From the IMG/VR virus record IMGVR_UViG_3300025141_009405, positions 1 through 53,794 of that record: 53,794 nucleotides of DNA; one strand, 5' to 3'. Origin of the DNA: a virus (taxonomy: Duplodnaviria > Caudoviricetes). Every line of letters begins with the position of its first letter. Within the stretch, counting starts at the first letter, position 1. Below the pieces are notes generated by a model. It was not told the origin of the DNA. It saw nothing but the letters and a program-made list of their open reading frames with translations, and did not search any database. Positions 53,650 to 53,794 of this stretch are shown here, piece by piece. The translations under genes were made by a program, and so were the position numbers.

Positions 53650-53794
53650 GAATGCCCTATTGCAAGAATTCTATTACTTAATGAAACACCTCCACATAGC
53701 GTGGACCGACCTCCTAAAGATGCCTACATTCGAACGTAGATTCTACGTAAATTTTCTAACAGACGAATTCCAAAAAAAGAATGAGGCAATCGAA
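53627..53794 (+). CDS. Overlapping +1 frame extension of tail chaperone (runs off window)
   Basis: +1 frame open from 53603 to the window end: FVLSTAYRNALLQEFYYLMKHLHIAWTDLLKMPTFERRFYVNFL. MP..ERR is typical of the chaperone second part. Confidence 0.7.

Noticed and set aside
1-53794. Stop-codon reassignment as in some large Bacteroidota phages
   Set aside because: Conserved genes are full length in the standard code, coding density is high, and TAG/TGA occur at natural protein ends.
1-53794. tRNA, rRNA, CRISPR array, intron or intein
   Set aside because: Intergenic gaps are short and mostly explained by promoters, terminators or small ORFs. I saw no repeat-spacer periodicity, cloverleaf or intein/homing endonuclease motifs in polymerase or helicase. 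A covariance-model scan was not possible.

Overview
AT-rich, gene-dense segment of a large T4-like (myovirus/jumbo-type) phage genome in the standard genetic code. The host is most likely Bacteroidota: TTTG-N20-TATCTTTG promoters, A-rich starts without Shine-Dalgarno, a DUF4494-like gene and a lipoprotein. The window holds the 3' end of a gp23-like major capsid gene, a holin-like gene, baseplate spike and other virion genes, a gp55-like late sigma factor, and a ~22-kb minus-strand glycan-biosynthesis run (about 9-11 glycosyltransferase-like genes, nucleotide-sugar enzymes, NadE, PhoH, dUTPase). It also holds a family B DNA polymerase, an SNF2 helicase, neck/tail-completion proteins, an expanded tail sheath, the tail tube and a tail assembly chaperone. 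Reading beyond the ORF track gave: an unannotated 20-aa, 9-Cys metallothionein-like peptide; a small RHH regulator with candidate operators; a late-promoter motif TATTTATA (reverse complement of the T4 late promoter); a likely +1 frameshift at UUU_CGU; a shared amphipathic 'I-x-I-[ST]-E-x-x-L-x-x-L-I...E' tag on many late proteins including enzymes; and a recurrent [ST]-[GA]-x-[ST] motif in exposed virion proteins that may be the target of the phage glycosylation cluster. All functional calls are from motif recognition by eye; no searches were run.
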